Positions 58,060 through 64,000 of a stretch of 64,000 nucleotides of DNA are shown piece after piece; positions within the stretch are counted from its first letter, which is position 1; every line of letters starts with the position of its first letter. The position numbers and the translations under genes are program-made. The DNA is from the human T2T-CHM13v2.0 reference genome, Homo sapiens. The notes beneath the pieces are model-generated. The model was not told where the DNA came from. It worked only from the letters and a program-made list of their open reading frames with translations, and searched no databases. The DNA lies in the NCBI RefSeq assembly GCF_009914755.1, contig NC_060926.1. One strand, written 5' to 3'.

Positions 58060-59352
58060 TACATTTTTAATTTTTATTTTAAAACTGTTTTAAGCTTACA
58101 GAAATTTGCAGAAATAGTACAAAGAACTCCTGTACATCCTTTGCCCTGAGACCCCACTCAAGTTTTGCCGATGTCCCAGAGACATCCTTTATAGCAGTGG
58201 ATCCGTGCCGGGGTCACAGGTAGCACTCAGTCATTGTGTCCCTCTAGGCTCTTTCAATCTGGAACTGTTCCTCTGTTTTTCTTTGACTTTTATGACTCTG
58301 AAAATTCTGAGGTAAACAGGACAGTTATTTTGTAGGATGTCCCTCAATTTGTGTTGGTTCCTTGTTTCCTCTTGATGAGACCAAAGTTATGTATTTTGAG
58401 TCAAAATATCAGGAATGGTGGGTTCTTTCCATTGAAATCTATGGGTGGTAGGTACACGATGTGCATTTGACCCGCTACTGGTAGTATTAACTTTGATCCC
58501 TTGACTAAAATGGTGTCTGCAGATTTCTCTGCTGTAAAGATACCATCCTCCCACCTTGGCATTTAATACGTGTCTTGTGGGAGGTATTTTGATACTGTGT
58601 AAAATCCCATCTCTCTCTCCACCTTAAACCATTAGTTTAGGCTCGCTTGATGTTTCCTGCCTGAATTAATTGTTATTATGGTGGTTGTCAAGTGGTGAAT
58701 TTCTAATGTCGTGGCTCCTTCTGCATTTAGTAGTTGTCTTTCTACTACAAAGAAAAGCTTTCCTTCTCCCCATTTATTTATTCATATAAAAATATCTATC
58801 TATGTATAGATTTATGGATTTCAATTTTATTCAATGGCTATAATCTGTTAGTATGATAATTTATTTTGATGCTCTAAGTTTTCCAGATTTGGCCATTGGG
58901 AGCCCATCCAAACTGGCTCCTATATTTCTGACACGTCCCCATCATTCTTGAAGCACTTCCTTACTTTTTGGCAGCACTAGATGTTCCAGGCTCATCTTCC
59001 ACTTTCTCTGCCCCAGCCCTGGAATCAATGATTTCTCCAAGAAGCCCTGGCTTCTTTTAGTGAAGAATTATATTTAGAAATGAAGATTCGGGTAATAGAT
59101 GTGCTCATTGCTAGTGGGATGTCACTGCTCTCGGGCCCTATCGATGGGTAGAGGTAGGGAGTTACACATTATATAATATATATAAACTAACATCTATATT
59201 TCATATAATATAGACATAATCTGTTTCTATATATTGAACTCCATGAATTCATACCGATGCTTCCAATTCCAATCCAACATCAGGAGGTACATTCTAGTTT
59301 TCTTCCTTTCTATATTTGTACCTTCCTTTTTGATTGTAAGAAAGCTGGCTCT
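58060..59352 (-). mobile_element. L1MC-like 3'UTR fragment
   Basis: aatagtacaaagaactcc; ttttgtaggatgtccctcaattt; ccagatttggccattgggagccc; agatgttccaggctcatctt. Confidence 0.8.
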
Positions 59353-59489
59353 TAGCTCAGTCTCCCTCTACATAGTTAATCCCTCAGTTCCCTGATTCCT
59401 GCCTCCCTTGCGTGTGGGCCCTGACACCAGGGTGTGTCTGCATCTCCCAGGGCCACTATCTCATTTAGGCCTGCCTAATGGTGCTTTGA

Positions 59490-59600
59490 TGAAAAAAGGA
59501 AAAAAAGAAGGAAGAAGGGAGGGAGGAAGTCAGGTAGGGAAAGGGGAAAGAAGGAAGGAAGCTAATAAAGGAAAAGAGAGGAATAGAATGGGAGGAGAGC
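59490..59600. repeat. GA-rich polypurine tract
   Basis: Almost pure A/G run on the + strand. Confidence 0.75.
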
Positions 59601-59714
59601 TATATGGATTTTGAAACTTGATTTTTATATTCAAGATGAAAAAATTGGGGTTTGTGGTAAAGTCATTATCCTTTGATACTCTGAGATATTCATTTATTGT
59701 AGTCTTAGTATTCC

Positions 59715-59900
59715 CATGGGCAGAACTGAGACCAATAAGTAGAAATTAATGGGTGGCATATTTCACCCTAGTATCAAAAATATTATCTAGTCAGACTTAC
59801 TCAACGATAGAATGGTCTTGGTTGCAAAGAAATGAGCTCCCTGTCAAGAGATGAGTTCATTTAGGCACCATAGGACCATCAGCCAGAGTGACATTGCATT
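59715..59900 (+). mobile_element. L3/CR1 fragment
   Basis: ggcagaactgagaccaataagtagaaatta...atagaatggtc...atgagctccctgtca. Confidence 0.5.
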
Positions 59901-60333
59901 GGGAAAGAAGTTGGTTAAACGTCCATAGTTCTATGTTGAGGTGGTAATAGTGGCATAGCTGGAGGCCAGCATTTGATCAGGCTACCCAAGGAGCAGTGAC
60001 ACCAAACACCCCTATGGGTGGCTAAGGAGGCAGCCAGACAGCAGTGAGGGGGTCTCCCAGAGTCCTCTGGGGATGCAGCCCCGGAGCTGCACAGCACAAG
60101 CTGCACCTACGTGAAGAGCTATGTGTGTATTTGCAGGATGAATTTGCATCTCGAGATGAAACATAGCTCCAGATTGAGACAGCTCTTAGTTCCAGTGCCA
60201 ACAATCTAATGCTGGCTTCAAAGGAGAAACTAAAAATGTTCTTCTTGGAGCAAGTTCTGGCCCTTGTATTTCTTTTATTGTTCCCAAATGGACCACATAC
60301 TGGGGCACCTTTGTGATTGCCTAACAACAGTAA

Positions 60334-60837
<504 letters not shown>

Positions 60838-61138
60838 TAGTGCCAGAAAACATGCCATCAGCTGCCTGCCTCCAGCAACAGTTCAACAAGCATTTGTTGA
60901 GGGTCTTTCTTGTGCCCAGCTGCTATGCAAGAATGAAACAAGATATCCAGGGTCCCATTTCACAGAGGAAAAAACTGAGGCAGAATCACAAACAATAACA
61001 ACTGGCAGCATCAGGCTGCATCTTCCCTTCTCACTTCCCACAGAGTGAAGTAGTTGCCTTGTTGCTGGGGAGGAATGGAGTGGGGCTTACCCACCTTCCC
61101 AAAGTAAAACTAAATGTCAGCTTTCATGACTGTCTTTT

Positions 61139-61434
61139 TTTTTTTTTCTTTTGGGATGGAGTTTCACTCTTTTTGCCCAGGCTGGAGTGAAATGGCATGA
61201 TCTCGGCTCACCACAACCTCTGCCTCCCAGGTTCAAGTGATTCTCCTGCCTCAGCCTCCTGAGTAGCTGGGATTACAGGCATGCGCCACCACACCCGGCT
61301 AATTTTGTATTTTTAGTAGAGATGGAGTTTCTCCAAGTTGGTCAGGCTGGTCTCAAACCCCCGACCTCAGGTGATCTATCTGCCTCGGCCTCCCAAAGTG
61401 CTGGGATTACAGGCATGAGCCACTGTGCCCGGCC
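61139..61434 (-). mobile_element. AluSp-like
   Basis: Perfect TSD tcatgactgtctttt (61124-61138, 61435-61449); Sp-type diagnostics ttctcc..gttggtcagg, ccgacctcagg. Confidence 0.94.
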
Positions 61435-61704
61435 TCATGACTGTCTTTTGTTTTCCCAATGAAGGGGCGGAAATCAGAACCATTTTGGACAGGCAGTCAA
61501 ATCTTGACAACACCCTGCATCTGGACACTTCTTTAATACAAAGTCTGATGCTTGCTAGCTGGTTTGTCTTCACGTATATGTAAATGTTTATGTGCATATA
61601 TATTTTTCAGTATCAAGTGTTTGTGCTTTGGATGCATTACTTGTAGGCGGGCAGCCATTTTAGTCACTGTGAATCCTGAAGAACAAGCTGTACCATCAGG
61701 GAAT

Positions 61705-61935
61705 AGCAATAATAGTGGCTGTTTATTGAGCAAATTGCTGCACGCTAGTTCGTATGTGCCTTGTCTCCTTAAACCTTCACAACGGCAGAATGAGGGGGGT
61801 TAATTTGCAGAGGAGGAAACTGAGGCACAGAGAGGTTGTCATGTATTTCACCCAAAGCCCCACAACTAGAAAGTGGGAGGGTCACGTTTTAAACTCAGAC
61901 TTCTCTGACTCCGAAAGGGCAATGCCTACCATGCA
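61705..61935 (-). mobile_element. MIR
   Basis: tttgcagaggaggaaactgaggcacagagaggtt...cccaaagcccacaactagaaagtgg. Confidence 0.85.
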
Positions 61936-64000
61936 ACGCTGCCCCTTACAGAGCATTGTCCCCAAAGCCGGTGGCCAAATATTGGGAGCAGTTATAATGG
62001 GTGGCAATGGGCCACAAGGGGGCCCGAAGAAATAGGGTGCATAAGAGTTAAAAAAAACTTCTGCCGGGGAGGTTTTTCATGTGTCTTTTCCAAAGGTCAG
62101 AGTTCAGATTTATGAGGTTGGAATATTCATGAGGTGCCGCAGTGTGCAACACCAGAGTACTAGGGAGACAATTTTCCTGTGGCATAAATTAACCTAAGGT
62201 GAGGGCTCCTCCGAACTAAGGTTCAGATATGGCAGATGTGATCAAAGCAACCACACAACCCACCGGGGAGGCTGGGGATTCACATCTCAAAATAGTAATT
62301 AATGATTTGGAACATGGCAGTGCCTATTTTCGTCCATCTGCCCAACCGTCTATCCATCCATCCATTTGTTATCAGCTATTTGCAAAACCTCCTACTGGAG
62401 CCAAAAGAGGTATACCAAAACCAAGCCAAACCAAACCAACCAAATGAATCCCTCATAAGTAGCTTTGGATCAAGTTGGGGAGAGATAGACATATGCAAGA
62501 ATAGATAAACCGCAGGGCAAAGGTGTGTCTGATTAAGTATCAAAATGAGTGATCCAGATAGCAGATGTTCTGCAGGGACCCAGAAGAGGGAGGTCTTTGA
62601 GGATGTGGTGTGGCCGGTCTGGCCATGTCGGTTGCCTTCAGGGATTATTGTGGCACCCTTGAGACTGCCTGGAGTCCAGTTAGTTTCCATCTTGATACAA
62701 GATGAATGGAAAAATTGGATTTATGGTCTGCCCACTGCTGAGATACAGTTTGGGTCTCTTTAGACCTGTTTGGAAATGAGGTGCCACCTTTAATCTTAAA
62801 TATCAGTTAGGTGGTTCCAAAAGATTGAAAGAAGATGAAACAAACAGGTATTCATTTGAGGAAGGACTGTTACTCTTCATTCCCTGGTTTGACTGCCAAA
62901 ATATAATGAGAGTTTGTTTGTATGTCCAACCAAAGCCAGAAAACCCAGCTACAAAACCAGATCTCCAGCAGCTGACTCCCCTGGCTTTTATGACCTCAGG
63001 GGCTATGAGGTTGACAGTAGGGGACCCAGACACCGAGGAGGCCTTGAATGAGAGGTGCAGACATATGTGATATAATTAGGCAGCCTTTATGAGGCAAGCA
63101 GGGAGAAGTCATTAGGGCTGCTGTTTAACAAAGGGAAACTTCCTGCTCCCACCCCCCCGTTAAAGAGCTGCTTTTCAACTGTGTTGGGCTTCTTTGATCC
63201 CTGAAGTCTCCTGATGTTTTGCTCACATCCTGTCATGATATTTAATGATGCTTCATGTGTGCACCAGGAGCACGGCCCAACTTAGCATCATCTGGGGAAA
63301 GGCATTGTAACATGGCAAGGTTTTGATGTGATTCCTTGCGTGGCCAGGTTAGTGAGGCGGCTATGCAGACACCAGTGAGTGTATTGATTCCACTTGGCAG
63401 TGGAATCCATTGAAAGGAATGATGGAGAGACCAAGATATTGCCAAGTTCTTCTGCAGTTCTTTATTTTGGGATCTATATATCAGCTGGTACACTGCTCAG
63501 GAGAAGAGAGAAGGAATTTGGTCTTGGACAGTCTTCTTTCAAAAGGCTGAAATGTTCTGGAGGAATGGGTCTCTGCCAACCTGTGGTCATACACATGAAC
63601 AGCTGCTAAAAGGAAGACGAATAGGCACTTAGGGACCACCCAGCCCATACCAGATATATGAATCCTACAAAATTCGTGGTAGGCACTGTTCGTGTATTCT
63701 GCTGTTTGCCTAAATACCTCTGGAGAAGAGGAACTTACCACCATAAGGCAGCACAGCTATTGTGCTTGTTCTGATGGCTTAAAAGCTCCTCTTCATTTAG
63801 TTGTTTCTTGCAGCTTCTAACTGGGCCAGAGTGCTGCACTTGGTGGCTACACAGAACTGGGCTCTTCTTGGTCAGAGTTCTTAAAAAACTCAAAGGCACT
63901 TGGGGAGTGTCCCCTGAGTATTCTCATTTCCAAGTAAGAACCCCTATTTCTGCTACTGTTCCTCCCATTCCCTGGTTTCTATACCCTTGTATCTGATGGT

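Overview
Primate (human/hominoid-like) genomic DNA, apparently intergenic or intronic and dominated by interspersed repeats. I find no host protein-coding gene, RNA gene, CRISPR array or other prokaryotic system; the only recognisable protein sequences are LINE-1 ORFs and Alu-derived frames. About 3.3-18.3 kb is a stack of retrotransposons that appears to share one target site: a near full-length old L1M element with nested L1 fragments and Alus, plus a full-length but inactivated L1PA3/L1PA4-type element. The L1PA copy has a 13-bp TSD, retains the 129-bp 5'UTR segment bound by ZNF93 and has an open antisense ORF0. The rest is Alu, MIR, L2, L1M, MaLR/ERVL LTRs and MER5 DNA transposons, with two CpG-enriched candidate regulatory regions (about 28.3-29.05 kb and 50.3-51.9 kb). 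The most unusual structure not explained by repeats is an ungapped 164-bp, ~90% identical inverted duplication at 29065-29510. Repeat subfamily calls are from memory of consensus sequences and need RepeatMasker/Dfam confirmation; boundaries of old repeats are approximate. I cannot support a claim of a new biological system.
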